DNA of 63,590 bases, filler included, from Basidiobolus ranarum (GCA_040143965.1; 20 parts of 20 records of this genome joined end to end with filler, not necessarily neighbours in it), one strand, 5' to 3'. Positions 23,650 to 38,275 are shown, counted from the whole stretch's first letter. Notes: generated by a model not told the origin, from the letters alone. Translations and numbers: made by a program.

Positions 23650-25435
23650 TGTTGAAATTATCTTTGCCTAAGCACCTATATAGTCATCTATAGCTTAGTA
23701 CCTAGATATCTTATAACTCACTAAGACATTATCCATCATTCTCAATTGTAATTTGCTTCAAATATTCTTACCAACTTAGATTTTCTCCAATATATAGACT
23801 TTTCAAACTTGGGCTAGAAGCCCCAAACTTTGCACACATGTTTCTGGGATCTTCCTTAACACCTTCTACATGTTAGTTTCTTTACATCTTGACAAAACTA
23901 GAAATGTCAAGTTTCCACTCAATGAATCAATGAGTGAAAACCACCAATTCCTCTAATTTTCCAAACTATTTCCAACAGGCTCCTGAATACTTTTACAGGC
24001 TATGAGCTCCAAGCTTGCACTCTCTGTAATGTCTAATTCTCAAATCTATAGAACATTCCCTTTTCTGAAAAATTGGAAAGAATCAACTATCAAGTTGGGA
24101 AAATTAAAATGGAAATGTTGCTATAAGAAAAAGGACATTGGGACCCTGTTGCAGGTGAAGGAAACAATGCAAAGCTTTCTGAAACTGAAGTTTTAATCCA
24201 AGTTAAAAAAGAACAAAGTGCCTGTAATGCAATTTGTCTTAATATTAGAGAAAGGTTGTTAATTCTATGTTCAAGAGTTAAAACTGCAAAGTAGGTATGG
24301 AAAGCATTAGAAGACATCTACCAAACAAGTTGTATGACCAACAAGATGCTTCTAATAAAACAATTCTTTAACCTAAAGATGAAGCCAGGAGAAGATATTA
24401 AAACACTAATTAATAGAGTCACTATTTTTGTCGATGAAATGGAGTGTACTGGATTACCAACCACTAATCAAGATAACATAGTAACAGTCCTGAATATCCT
24501 GCCACACATGTTTCAGAGCATGGTAATGGCTCTAGAATCAAGAACCACAAATTTGACCTTGAATCATGTATTTGGCAGACTTCTGAATGAAGATTTACAC
24601 ACATCAGTACTCAATCAAAAGAATGAAGAGAATCCATTAATAGGCTATGAGAAACCTTCCTATACAGGTCAAAAGCACTTTAAGAAGAAAAGTAACACAT
24701 TCTGTGATTACTGTAAAAGAACTGGCAATTTAAGCAAAGATTGCTTTGAAAGAATTCCAAAAGGAGAAAAACATACTGAATCTGGAAATATGATCACAAC
24801 AGAAGATCACTTGTTCATATCTGCTCTATGTATGACTACCAACAAGGATTCTCAGACATGGTATATTGATTCTGGAGCTTCCCAACATTTCACAAATGAA
24901 AAACATTGGTTTGTGAAATATGAAGAAATCCCAATTAGAAAGGTTTTCATGGGAGATGACCACACATTGGATGATCTTGGAATTGGAACAATTCAAGTCA
25001 ATTTAACTGGAGCTTCTGAAGAGAAAGTATATACTTTTAAGGATGTACTACATGTTCCAGATAATGCCAAGAATTTAATATCTGTATACAAGGCCACCTC
25101 AGAAGTGCTAAAATTTGATTTTGAAAAGTCAGGATGCACCATCACTGATTGAAATGGGAATTGTTTAGCTTTGGGAGAAAAGGATCAAAACTTATGCAAA
25201 CTTACATATAATCCAAGAGACTTGTGTGTAAATATAAGTTACTCCAATCAAGAAAATATTCAATTATGGCAAAAGCGCTTTGGCCATTTTGGATTTGATT
25301 ATTTGAGTGAATTGATCAAAAATTGCCTAATTTCTGGAATTTAAATTAACCCCCAACCAAAATGGAAATTTGTGAGGGTTGTATGTATGGAAAACAAGCT
25401 AGGTAACTGTTCAAGAGCTTTGGTTTAATCATATC
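23650..25435 (+). mobile_element. Copia 5' LTR (family B, 23650-23997), PBS and degenerate gag-protease
   Basis: TGTTG...TACA LTR; GGCTATGAGCTC PBS; CDYCKRTGNLSKDC knuckle; WYIDSGASQH protease motif. Confidence 0.92.
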
Positions 25436-25535
25436 NNNNNNNNNNNNNNNNNNNNNNNNNNNNNNNNNNNNNNNNNNNNTTAATTAATTAANNNNNNNNN
25501 NNNNNNNNNNNNNNNNNNNNNNNNNNNNNNNNNNN

Positions 25536-27772
25536 GTGAGAAAAACATTGAAAATACCTCACCTGCAATCTCCTCAACCAAGCTTGAAGTGGTTTCATGG
25601 CCTAAATTGCTAACAGAAGTTGTAGTGCCAATTTCTCATCTTAGGAGGTCTAATTGGATGAGATCTCCATCTGATTACTACTCTCTCACTAGCCAAAAGA
25701 AGCCTAGTGCTAATTTAGCCTTTTCTGATGACCCCAAATCAGTACCAGAGGCTTTGGAGAGTCCCAACACAAAGTTTTGGAGTGCTGCAATGGCAGAGGA
25801 GTATCAGTCACTCATAGATAACCAAACCTGGACTTTGGTTAAGATACCCAATGAACAAAAATCAATTGGATGCAAATGGGTGTTTAAAGATAAACAGCAA
25901 GCTATTGGATATGTAGAAAGATATAAAGCCAGACTTGTGGCTAAAGGATACTCTCTGATAGAAGGAGTGTACTACAATGAAACATTTGCTCCTGTAGCAA
26001 AGTTTAATTCCATCAGAACCATACTAGCAGTATCAGCAAAACTCAGCTTACAAATTCATCAAATGGATGTTAAAACTGCCTATTGAGTGGGGACCTGGAA
26101 GAGGATATATTCATGGATCAACCAGATAGTTTTGTAGACCCTGAGCACCCTGAGGACATGTGTAAGCTACTAAAATCACTGTATGGACTTAAATAATCAC
26201 CTAGGGCCTGGTATACTAAGATAGATGAATATGTGGAATCACTTGATTTCAACAAGAGTATGACCAATTTTGGGATCTACTTTAAGACAGATATGAACAG
26301 TAAGGTGGTACTGGCTTTATATGCAGATGATCTGATTATAGCTACCACTAATGATGAAGCTCTCAGGAACACCAAAAAAGATCTATCAGTCCCATTCAAG
26401 ATGACAGATTTAGGTGAACTTATGTATTTTTTGGGCCTGCCAATCAATATAGATATATTGAGCAAATCTATTACTCTAAATCAATCTAAATACATCTCCA
26501 ATATTTTCAGACATTACAGGATAGAGAATTGTGTGCCAGTAGCAACTCCCATGGATCCAGGTATAAAACTAGTCAAAAATCCCATCAAAAAAGATGTAAA
26601 TTGCCCAACTATGGTGCAAAATATGTCATTTGAAAACCCTGAGTTACCTTAGCAAACTATGGTAAGTAGTTTGATCTATGCTATAACTGGAACCTGGCCA
26701 GATATCTCTTTTGCAGAGGGAGTAGTTAGCCAACATGTTCAAAACCCAGGATCAGAGCACTATGTAGCAATTAAGTAGATTTTCAGATATTTGAGAGTAC
26801 AATTGATCTGGGATTAAGATACAAGTATTCTTATGAGAGTAAAGATCTAGTTAGGTTTAGTGATGCAGATTGGGGACATGATATTGAGGATAGAAGATCA
26901 ATAACTGGATATACCTTTCCCTATAGTGAAGCAGTCATATCTTGGAATAGCAACAAACAACCCACCATAGAGCTTTCCACAACTGCAGCAGAGTAGATGG
27001 GAGCAGCACATACAGCAAAGGAGGCTATGTGGTTAAAGAAACTGTTCAAATACTTGGGCATTATTCAAAGTTCACCCACAATTATTTTCGAGGATAATCA
27101 AAGTTATTTTCTTCAGCTAAAAACTCCAAATTTCATGCTAGAAGTAAGCACATTGACATTCAACATCACTTTATTATGGAAGCTATTAAGAATAAGCATG
27201 TCCAATTAGAGTACTCTCCAACTCAGGACATGATTGCTGACATCCTTGCCAAACCATTACCCAAACCCAAATTTGAAGAATAAAGATATAAGTTAGGAGT
27301 AAGATATATGAATATTTAGTTGAGTGGGAGTGTTGAAGTTTATTGTCTTCATCATATTTGTTATATCTATCTTGATACACCTAACTACTTCATATATCCC
27401 ATATAAGTCAGTTATCATGACTTAGTCAAATATCACTTAACTGCAAATTGGAACATATATTATATATATATATAAATAATGTGAGAATTAGCAATTCCAT
27501 ATTAAAATTTCAAATTTGGCCAAATTACCCCAAACATAGCTCATTTTACTCCCACAGATGTTCTGAACATAACCCCAGCATTAGTTTTTGATATTTCCAC
27601 CTAAATGTGTAAATGCTTTATTTTGGCACAATAAATAATTATCTCACAAAGCTATTCACAACTCCATTTTTCTGAAGTTCCTCCAAATACCAATATTTTC
27701 CCAATAAATATATCATAGCTACAGTCCCAAATAGCCTACCACACAGGTTTCAGAGCCTAGTAATAGCTCTAC
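25536..27772 (+). mobile_element. Copia RT-RNaseH, PPT and 3' LTR (family C, from 27331; end approximate)
   Basis: [29 protein letters not shown] and SDADWG motifs; TTGAGTGGGAG-TGTTG. Confidence 0.92.
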
Positions 27773-28200
27773 AATCAAGAACTAAAAATTTGACTTTGAA
27801 TTATGTATCTGACAGACTTCTGGATGAAGATTTATGCTAATTGGGATCCAACCAAAAGAATGAAAACAATGGTTTAATTGGCTATGAGAAACCATACTAT
27901 ATAGGTGAAAAGCACTTCAAGAAGAAAGTAACACATCTGTGATTACTCTAAAAGAACTGGCCAATTAAGCAAAGATTGCTTTAAAACTATTGCAAAGAAG
28001 AAAACATACTGAATCTGGTAATGTGGTTGCAACAGAAGATCACTGATCCATATCTGCTCTAACTATGACTACCAACATGGATTCTCAGATGTGATATATT
28101 GATTCTGCAATCTCCCAACATTTCACATATGAAAAACATTGGTTTGTGGATTATGAAGAAGTCCCAATTAGGAAGGTTAGCATAGGAGATGACTATACAT
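27773..28200 (+). mobile_element. Copia gag/protease fragment
   Basis: Decayed paralog of 24535-24970. Confidence 0.8.
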
Positions 28201-28621
28201 CCCTAACAAAAATAAAATTAATTTGATCCAGATCAGATCCACCCTGCAAATTAGCAAAATCATCTGAGAACCATCACAATATTGTTGACTTGCTTTCTGC
28301 CAGGGATTTTGATGGGGTAATGGTGGTTTCTTGATGGTATCTTAGCAGTATTCATATATGTTAAAATATTGATCCTCAAATTTGGCATGTGTTATTCAAT
28401 ATCAAGCAATTTTTGCAAAAATATAATTCTCAAATGGCAAATTACTGGGTTTACTGCTGTAGGAATTCGAATTGATATGCATGCCTTTATTTAGATATTT
28501 TAGGCTTTGCATTCCAGCCATAATGAGAATCAAAAAATACAAGAATCTTGTTGTGTTTAGTCTCTACATATGCACATATTTGACTGATTAGACATAACTC
28601 AACAACATCAATATGCTTTAC
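28201..28621 (-). mobile_element. CACTA right end (reverse)
   Basis: Starts CCCTAACAAAAATAAAAT. Confidence 0.82.
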
Positions 28622-28721
28622 NNNNNNNNNNNNNNNNNNNNNNNNNNNNNNNNNNNNNNNNNNNNTTAATTAATTAANNNNNNNNNNNNNNNNNNNNNNN
28701 NNNNNNNNNNNNNNNNNNNNN

Positions 28722-29397
28722 AAATGATCACTCATGCCAGCCAGCAACCAATCTTTTCAGTTCCAAGGAACTTTGCCAGGAGTTTCAAGAAGCCTACCCA
28801 GAAAAACCTGGCCCTATGATGTCTGGAAGCCATCACTAAAGAAGGGGATACTGTCATGATTCTGATCTCACCATACTGATCCACTGCAAATAGAACTCCT
28901 CTATTATTAGACTGTGACATCATATCTGCTATGCCATTCCTTCTAGGCAATCCCCTGTTAGTTCATCCATATTACCTGATATGGAAGTCATGTTGTTTGG
29001 AACATTCCATGAAACCTAACCAATGATGACATCCCACACATAGTGTATTTCCACCAAGACCTTCCATGGAACATCTCCTGATCAACCTTACATCATCCTT
29101 ACATCATCCCTCTTTGTATTGGTCCTTGTAGTCCCCAACATCCTGACTCTTGAACTTGCAACAGTATGTTTCCTATTCAGTATATTATGTTTCACCTTGC
29201 AATATCTATATAAGCCCCATCTATTCCTTGATCAGACCTTAGTCTGATCAATACCAGTTATCAAACAAGATTCTTGTCAAAGTATCTTCCTTGTCCAGTC
29301 TTTTCTTGTCTTCTCTTGTGGTCTACACACAAGTACTATCCTGCCTTCCAGCCTCTTGTTGTTGTTCCCAGTCCTTGTCCAGTTCCTTATTGTGACA
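28722..29397 (+). mobile_element. Ty3/gypsy (chromovirus-like) 3' end with complete 546-bp LTR (family F, 28852-29397)
   Basis: PATNLFSSKELCQEFQEAYPEKPGP chromodomain-like tail, PPT AAAGAAGGGGATA, LTR TGTCA...TGACA. The LTR end recurs at 36112 and 47988. Confidence 0.75.
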
Positions 29398-31685
29398 CCA
29401 CCAGAGTGTATACTTACTTTTACAAGAAGCAGAGGAAAGCACTCTCTACACTTTATCAACATCTCTGAGACTCTCATGTGAGGCACATGCACTTAGCCAA
29501 AAAATCCAACCCACTTGGGAAACACTTGAGGGACTCTACAAGGCCAAAAGTCTGGCTAATAGGCCATATCTGAGGCAAAAATCATGCTCATTTCAGACAA
29601 ATTTGGATGATTCTATTCTTGATCGTAGAAATCTGACAAAAACTATGGCAAATCAGCTCTCATCCATTGGAGCACCTCTAAATGAAGATGCCTGAGTCAT
29701 GCCACTGTTTGGGAGCCTGCCAGACAAGTTTTGGAATATCATGATTGCCTAGAATCCATATCAGAGCCATTAGTAAAGGAATATGTTGGTGCTAAATTTA
29801 TGTGCAGCAAGGCTGGATGCACTATCACAGATTAAAATGATACCAAATTAGCTTCAGGGATCAAACCTCAAGACTTATACAAGCTTGAAATCAACAAATT
29901 GCATTCTTAGTATGTAAACTTGGCTAAGACCAGTGAAATCAGCAGTAGATTGTGGCATAAAAGATTAAGCCACATTGTGGAGAAAAACTGACAAAAATAA
30001 TCAAAAAACAGCTTGTTTCAGGCTTACAAATTGAAAAATCACCAAATTGGATCTGGGCAAAGGTTACATATGGAAAGCTTCACAGATAGCCATTTACAAG
30101 CTCTGGAGAGATCAAATCCACTCAGAAACTTACCCAAATTCATTCTGGCCTATGTGGGACCTTAAAATGTCTCACTAGGTGGCTAAAGGGTACCTTATGA
30201 CCTTTATTGATGACAAACATGATTTACTTAGTAACCTTTCTTGAATAAAAAAATCAAGTCTTAATTATATTGAGGTACTTTATAGCAATGGCAGGGAAAG
30301 AATCATCACAGAGAATAAGGGTACTAATCAGTGGTAATTGTGGAGCATACTGCTCTGAAAACCTGCTAATCTTTGTTCTCAGCATAAAATTAAGAAATCA
30401 ATTACTACACCTTATACTCAACAGCAAAATGGAGTTACAGAATGTGCTAAAAGAACAATAGTGGAGATGGCAAGATCAATGTTATATGATCAAAACCAAG
30501 TGAAGATCATCTCAGGATCTTAGGTTGCATAACATATTGCCTAGTTCTAGCTTGAAGAGACTCTAAATTGGAACCCAAAAGCAGAAAATGCATATTTCTT
30601 AGTCTTAGTAATGTATCTAAGACCTTCAGACAGTTATAATTTGAATGAAAAAGCAAAATATTCACCTGAAATCAGAGTTCTTCATCCAGAAATCACAATC
30701 ACCACTCTGTGGGCAGTATCTGTCAAAATTCCTGCTCTATCTGGGCCCAATTGAACTCAAATTCCAGCCCCAATTACAACAGGGGATAATTCAAGACCTA
30801 GAAGCTCTTCCTTAAGGAGGAAAAAGTCAGGAAACTACTGGAACACTTCCAATGCTGAAGTCTAAGCCTATGTATCACTCTGTTATTGGTCATCAACTCT
30901 AGATTTGGCTCTGGAGAGTCAAGAATTAAAACTATTGGAAAAAATAATGTCCAACAAGTTTTCTTCAGTTCAGGGCAATAAAACATGGGTTTAAAGTCCT
31001 CTACCATCAGGAAGAAAGCCAATTAGTTCCAAATGGGTCCACAAAATCAGAAACCAAGTTGTTGGGCTATAGCTAGGTACAAAGTAAGATTAGTTGCACA
31101 AATGTAGTTCCCCAGTTCCAGGTGTTGATTTTATTGAAAAATTTGCTCTGGTACCTATACTTAGCTCCTTTGGTTCAATCCTTGCACTATCAGCCGCCAT
31201 GACCCCAATTTACATCAAATGGATGTAAAAACATACTTTCTGCATGGAAATCTAGAAGAAAAATCTATACAGACCAACTGGATTGCTTTGTGTTTTCATC
31301 AATTTACTGCAAAAACTGCCATATAGACTCAATCAAGCACCCAAGACATAGTACAACAAGAACAATACCTATTCCAAATCACTGGAATTCCAAAAATGCA
31401 TAGCAGGTCACAGTTGTTACATGAAAACAACCAAAAATAGAATCCCAATCTTGGCACTATATGTGGCTGACTGGATCATAGCTGCAAATGATCTAAAGGA
31501 ACTGAATCAGACAAAAACAACTTATCAGGTTTTGGATGACTGAAATGTGTGAGTTAAGTTATTTCCTTGATATCCACAGCAACAGAGATATATCCAACCA
31601 GAAGGTAATGCTGAATCAGTCTAGATATATCCTAGATAACCCAATATGCTTCAACCTGGGATATAGCAAGCCTGTATCAACATTA
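29398..31685 (+). mobile_element. Heavily decayed, internally deleted copia gag-IN-RT
   Basis: LWHKRLSH, QQNGVTE, QMDVKT and LALYVAD remnants. Confidence 0.85.
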
Positions 31686-31807
31686 GACTTGTTCCATCGG
31701 ACCAGGTCAGATCGTGCCGCTTGATCCAGCCTGCTAGTACACCATCTGGCGCGATCTGTCAATTACCATGGCTGGGTCCTATAACACTCTATCGGACACT
31801 ATAAGGA
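31686..31807 (+). mobile_element. End of RGACTTGTTCC TIR family G (young, CpG-retaining copy)
   Basis: Homologous to the copies starting near 33881 and 37809. Confidence 0.7.
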
Positions 31808-31907
31808 NNNNNNNNNNNNNNNNNNNNNNNNNNNNNNNNNNNNNNNNNNNNTTAATTAATTAANNNNNNNNNNNNNNNNNNNNNNNNNNNNNNNNNNNNN
31901 NNNNNNN

Positions 31908-33348
31908 AGACCAATTCAGCATGATTTTCTGATTGGGTTCATCTCTTTTACTTAGGATTCAAAGGAAATAAGTTAATTCGCCCATATCAGACTTCTGAAA
32001 TTGGCTTGATGAGCTGCTTTTTGTCTTATTAAGTGCATCCAGATCATTTTTAAAAGTGTTGAAGTCATCCATCCAGAGTGCCAAGAAAACATTCCAATTT
32101 CTGGTTCTTTTATGAAAAAGCAATAATATGCTGTGCATTTTTAGAATACCATTGATTCTAAATAGGTATCCATCTTGTTGTACCATGGCCTGGGTGCTTG
32201 CTTTGGTCCATAGAGCAATTTTTGCAGTTTACAGACCATATCAGGGGACTTTGGGTCAACAAATTTAACTAGTCACTCCATTTAGATCCCTAATTCTGGA
32301 TTGCCATTCAGAAACACTGTTTTGACAACTGTTTAATGTAAGTCATGGTCTTGGACAGCTGAGAGTGCCAGATTTGATCTGATCGATCTAAATATAGACA
32401 CAGCAGCAAATGTTTTATTAACACCAAGTCCTGGAGTTTGGCAATAACCTTTTGCAACTAATATTGCAATGAAACTTTCTTTAGTTCCATTAGCACAATA
32501 TTTGACTTTGTAGGCCCCTATGCAACCTATTGGCCTTCTCCCTGATTGTAGACAACTTAAAACCTTTGTTTCATTGTCCTGATGTGAAGAAAACGTAGAG
32601 GACCTTACTTTTTCCCACAGTCTTGATTTTGGATACTCCAGTGTTTTATGTCAAGCACACGGCTTTTCACATCATGCAGCATATTTATAGACATCATTAT
32701 TGGAAGTTTTCCACCAGTTTGCCAGTTTATTCTTTGCTTGGTTCAATCTTCCAGAGCTTGATTCATCCTCTGATTTAATTGAGGTTCAAAATTGGTTGAA
32801 TTGGGCTCAGATATAGCTGGCAATTTGACAGACACCTCTTGATTGGTGCTGCTTGTATTTTCTGGTTCAAGAACTGGGATTTGTGAACAAAAGTAAGCTT
32901 TTTTATCACAAATCATATCTCAGTACTCATATAACTGCTGATTTTGGTATCAAATAGCAGACCAAAGATCCCTGACAGTTACCGGAGAGTATGAATTTAT
33001 TGAATCCTTTCAGACACTGCTTGAATAGTGCTCATTATGTTTTCTGGATCAAGAATTGTGATTTGAGATGATAAATTTTTTTTTCATCAAAAATTGCATC
33101 TCTGCACTTGACTAGCTTCTAATTTTTCATATCAAAAAATCTGTAGCCCTAGATCCATCACAGAAAGATAGAAGTATGCATTTTCTTTTCTTAGGTTCCA
33201 ATTTAAAGAATTTGCAATGTGCTATTAGGCAATATGCCATGCAACTAGAGATTCTAAGATGATCCACACTTAGCTTTAATCCACATATGACTTCAACTGG
33301 TGTTGAATTTTGTTGCAAACTTGTTGAGCATCTGTTCTTGATAAAGAT
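31908..33348 (-). mobile_element. Degenerate copia IN-RT
   Basis: LEPKKRKCILL, LLYGPKQAPRPW, LWMDDF and DMGELTYFL. Confidence 0.85.
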
Positions 33349-33880
33349 TAGACTTGTTCCAATTTATTGAGCTAGATCAGGCCAGCTAAAAAGTGTGCCA
33401 GCACATATTAGCATGATTGGGCAATATCCAGCACAACGCTATTTACCATTTCAGAAACATTAGTTTTCCTTATGTTTTACATTTAGGAGAAGTACTTTTA
33501 GCCTTATATGGAAGCTTCTTCCACTTTTACTACCATTAAAAGCACACTGAAATCTGATCAGACATCATTTTTTAGAGTAACAAAATAAATTGACTAGCTG
33601 CTTTCTGATAGGTATTGGAGTATATGAGCCTCAGTATGTCTCAAATACAGCTTCTAAAGTGGTGATAGGAAAGCCAGTAGTTGTTTTTGGATTATTGAGG
33701 AAAAACCATTTAGAGTAGGTGGAGAGCATGATATTAATGTTGTGTTGGGCTGGCTTGATACTGATCAGTCTGGCATGCATGAGTTATTTACCCCAGAATG
33801 TAAATCATCAAGGAAAAATTTCCTACATTCTGTATCGTAAAATTTCTATTTACATTTATTATCCTAATCATTTCAACTAT

Positions 33881-34992
33881 AGACTTGTTTCATTGAATCA
33901 GTTCAGATTGTGCCACTTGATCCAGCCTTCTAGTACACCATCTAGTGTGATCTTTCAGTTACCATGGCTGGGTCCTATAAACTTGATTGGACACTATAAG
34001 GGACAATATGGCACTATCCCACCACAATTGGGCTCAATGATTTTATTGGAGATATTGTGCCAGCCCATACTAAGTTATTCAATTTAGTATAGCCCAATTA
34101 AGATTTTGGGTAACTGTCAAAGCAAGTTCATCCCCTAGTTTGTAACTTGCAAACTACTGAACGTATTACAATAAACAACTTATACTGTAACTTACACTAT
34201 CAAATGTATAACCGAGACATTCACATGTTTTTAGGCCAATCATTTGTTCCTCCCTAACACACTATCCAGATTTTTAATTGGGCCCAATGGCTCCTGCATT
34301 CCAAAACACCAGTAGTTTTGGCACACTAGTGAGAAATCACCACACTCAATGATGGATTGATCTGCAGTATGATAGTAGTGATCAGAACCACTTGATTCAT
34401 CATTTTTAGTTCAGCAATTATTCATTCAATTGTGTAAGCTTCTAGTTGGGTGAGAATGTGAATGGATTGTTCCATATTGTGCCTATACTGCTGTGCAAGC
34501 TTTTTATTCACAGATATTTTTCATTTAATTGTAGTGAAATTGCTTGTATTTATAGGCTATCAGTGATTTTTTTGATATGTGACAATTTCACACTATCAGT
34601 GTTTCATAAAGACATAAGCAAATGTGATGCAACTAAAGTGATACAAGCTATATTTAATTGTGATCCCAATTGATTTTGCATGATGCACTAAACAGTAAAG
34701 ATAGAATGGTGTAGGTAATAACAAGAGGGTTCAGCAGTTGCCTAGGTTTGAGGGAGTACATGCTAATTTGCTTCTGTTTCTTTTATTGTCTCTTTGTTGT
34801 TTCCATGGAAGGAACATTACTTGAACCCTTGCACTGGGTTGGTTTGTTTGATCCTGCTGAAGTTCCTCTACCTTGGCCAGCATGGGTTGTGGCTTGAGGT
34901 CAATGCACTGTGGTAGGTGTTGGCTTTTAAGGTCCAGTTTAGTGGTTCATTTGTATCTATAGTCTCTTCTTCAGATGTGGAGCCTTCACTTA
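33881..34992. mobile_element. Family G element end plus unassigned decayed interior
   Basis: AGACTTGTTTC terminus; CpG-depleted; no recognisable domain. Confidence 0.5.
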
Positions 34993-35092
34993 NNNNNNNN
35001 NNNNNNNNNNNNNNNNNNNNNNNNNNNNNNNNNNNNTTAATTAATTAANNNNNNNNNNNNNNNNNNNNNNNNNNNNNNNNNNNNNNNNNNNN

Positions 35093-35920
35093 TATTAAGA
35101 TCTGTCTTTCCAGAGTCAGATATACTGGTAAAAAAGCTTAATTTCACCATAGAACCAGTTACACCAGTTGGAAGAATGCAAAAATTGGAAGTTTATCCAA
35201 CCCCTGGCATCTCTCAACAAGCCAAAACATCCGCAAATAAAACTCATGGCTCTCCAACCTCAACTGGTACTTTTCAAAGTGTTGAAATTAGCCCCATACT
35301 TGAAGGCAAGCAAAAAGCTGCTCAAGCACCGCAAAGCACCCTCAGTAGTGTCACACTACATAGAGGTATATAAATAGTAAAACTGCTTGAGGTATATTTT
35401 CAACAGTATAAGGCAATATGACATTCAGTCTGGTGTTGACTCTGCAGATATCTGGCAAGAACTTAATATACAGTGGCACAATATTGCAGGGTATCTGCCA
35501 GATAGCTTGAAGAATGTTGATTCGGCAAGATCAATACAATGGTGGCCTTTGATGGAGATATTGATACAAACTTGTGTTAGATATGAGCTAAAGCTTGAGT
35601 ATGAAGAACTCTGTAAAAATATTCAGGCAAATATATCAAAGAAACTAGGGATTTAAAAGATGACGAATTAGTGTTCAAGTGGTAAATATGTAAATTTGAG
35701 TTGCATGTTTTTTGCACATGTGTTGATCTGTAGTTCTCTGAGATTTTAGCCAATCATTTGTAACTATTTTGTGAGATCTTGAAATTTCACTCCTGAAATG
35801 GAAAAAATTGATTAAAATCAAATCAAACTTGATGATTTTATCATGGCAAGTAAATGGTCAATTCAAAATGGATGATAATTGTGATGGTCTTCCTACAATA
35901 ACATTTCTCAAATTTTTGTT
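35093..35920 (+). mobile_element. CACTA ORF2 3' part reading into the left end
   Basis: Paralog of 50250-50696; stop at 35656, then reversed left-terminal sequence. Confidence 0.75.
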
Positions 35921-36112
35921 TGAGATAAGCTCCCTGTTTTCCCTGATTAGACCTCAGCCTGAGGAGGGCTAGTTTTCAATAATGATTCTGGCCCAAGTAT
36001 CTTCCCTGGCTAGTCTTGTCTTGTCTTGCCTTGTGATCTACACCCAAGTACCCTCCTGCTTTCTAGCCTCTTGTCTCTGTTTTCAGTCTTTGTACAGCTT
36101 CTTACTGTGACA

Positions 36113-36670
36113 TGTAGTGGGTGGTCATTTTATACAATGTCCTCCTCATGCCACAACACAAAAGTTTAAAGAAGCTTTGCAGCTATTGTCACAAATTCTT
36201 GCACTAACAAAGCTAGAGGCTCCATTGAAAATAGAATCATAAGCAGGGTCATGGCACAAAGCCAGTAGATGCACAAAGCCCGGTGAGTATCAATAGCAAT
36301 AAGTGTGCAAAATCAACTTTAGTTTTGCCCTCTCAGTTTGTTGCCTGTACTCTACCTTAAAGCTTGGGTAACACTGCTGAAAGTCAAGATATGTGTAGTT
36401 ACCACAGTTATATGACCATATTGATGTAGGCACAAGTACAAGTTTGGTCAAGCCAGTAAGTCCAGACAACTTTGAGGACATGCTGCTAGATGTCAACCTT
36501 GGTTATTCCAGCATTGCAAATTTGAATAGCTATCAAATGGAGTTCAGAAGGGTTATTTTTTTTACAGCTAATATTATTGCATATATTGGTGACACTCCTG
36601 ACATAAGTAAACATAGAGATTTTTGTGGGCAAAATGCCCTTTGTGGCTATATATTCTTTCAGATATTCCA
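36113..36670 (+). mobile_element. Internally deleted CACTA transposase (N-terminus fused to core)
   Basis: VKPVSPDNFEDMLLDV joined to ANIIAYIGDTPDISK.RDFCGQNA. Confidence 0.7.
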
Positions 36671-36919
36671 CATTGAACAAGTCAAGAACCTTCTGCATAG
36701 TGCATGGTCTTTGGTGTTGTTGAAGTTATGTAAATGGCAACTCTTTATTCAGTAGTTACTTTATTCATATTGTGATTATTTAGCACTCAGTTCTGCCATT
36801 CAAAAATGTGTGTTCATTGCATTAATTGATAGAAATATCAATTAGAACACTTTACCAATTTTCACTATTTTCTCAAAACTCATCCAAATCACCTCAAATC
36901 TTCACCCATGCTTAACAGG

Positions 36920-37764
36920 CATTTTTGTTATGACTAAGGCATGTTCATTTAGAGGTGCTCCAATAGATGAGAGCTGATCTGCCATAGTTTTTATCTGATA
37001 TATATTAGTAAGCATAGAATCATCAGCATGAATCTGAATTAAGAATAATGTTTGCCTAATATAAAGCCTATATGCATGACCTTTAGTCTTGTATAGTCCC
37101 TCAAGTGTCTCCCAAGCATTTTGGATGTTTTTGGCTGATGGTATATGCCTCAATTAAGAGTCTCCGAGATATAGATAAAGTATAGAGAGTGCTTTCAGCT
37201 GCGTCTTGAGAAAGGCAATGATAGCTACTGGTGGTCCCTTTTGCTCAATATCTACTCCTGTAACAAATCCCCAAAGGTCCTTGTCTTCTGGCACCATTTG
37301 CATCTTGAACTTCCAAAGGTAAAAGTCTCCACTATCAAACTGCTCCATGTACGCAAAGACGTCGGTAATAGTACTGGTATGCATTCCTTTAACAGCTATA
37401 TCAGGGTTCATAACCTGATAAAAGTGTCCAGGGGATTCAGAAGTGTTTTGGACATAATTTGGATTTGTGAATTAGACACTTAAGTTTGATTGGATTGAAT
37501 ATGTCCTATTTATAGTTTACTATGAAATAGAACTTTTGGACATGCTTAGATTATGACAAATATGCCTGTTAAGGATGGATAAAAATTTGAGGTGACTTGG
37601 AGAACATTTGAGAAATTAATGAAATTGTTAAAAGTGATCTTATTGATATTTCAATTAATTATAGTAATAAACAAACATTTTGATTGACAGAATTGAGTAC
37701 TGAATTATCAGAGTATCAATAAACTAACTACTAAATAATGAGTTGCTACTTACCTAATTTAACA
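36920..37764 (-). mobile_element. Copia LTR family D (37764-37416), PBS and gag 5' part
   Basis: GGTTATGAACCC at 37415-37404; FYLWKFKMQM gag N-terminus. Confidence 0.88.
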
Positions 37765-38275
37765 GAAGTCTCTTGGCAAAACTTAAGGAACTACCAACAG
37801 CATGCATTGACTTGTTCCATTGTACCTGGTTGGATTGGGTTGCTGGATGCAGCCCGCTAATGTATTATCTGGCATGATTGGTGAATTAATATAGACTGCT
37901 CCCATAACACCTGATTGGACAATGTAATGAATAGTAGGGCACCATCTCACCACAAATGGATATGATCATTTTTTTGGAAATATTTTGTCAGCTTGTACAA
38001 AGTTACCCTATTTGGTGTTGCTGCTTCAAGATTTTGGGTAACTGACAATACAAATTGATCCCCTGTTTTGATACTTAGCAACTGTTGAACATCTAACCAT
38101 AAACAACTCATATTGTAAATTACCTGATCAATTGCATAACAACGACATTCATGTGTATGTAGGCCAATCATCTATNNNNNNNNNNNNNNNNNNNNNNNNN
38201 NNNNNNNNNNNNNNNNNNNTTAATTAATTAANNNNNNNNNNNNNNNNNNNNNNNNNNNNNNNNNNNNNNNNNNNN

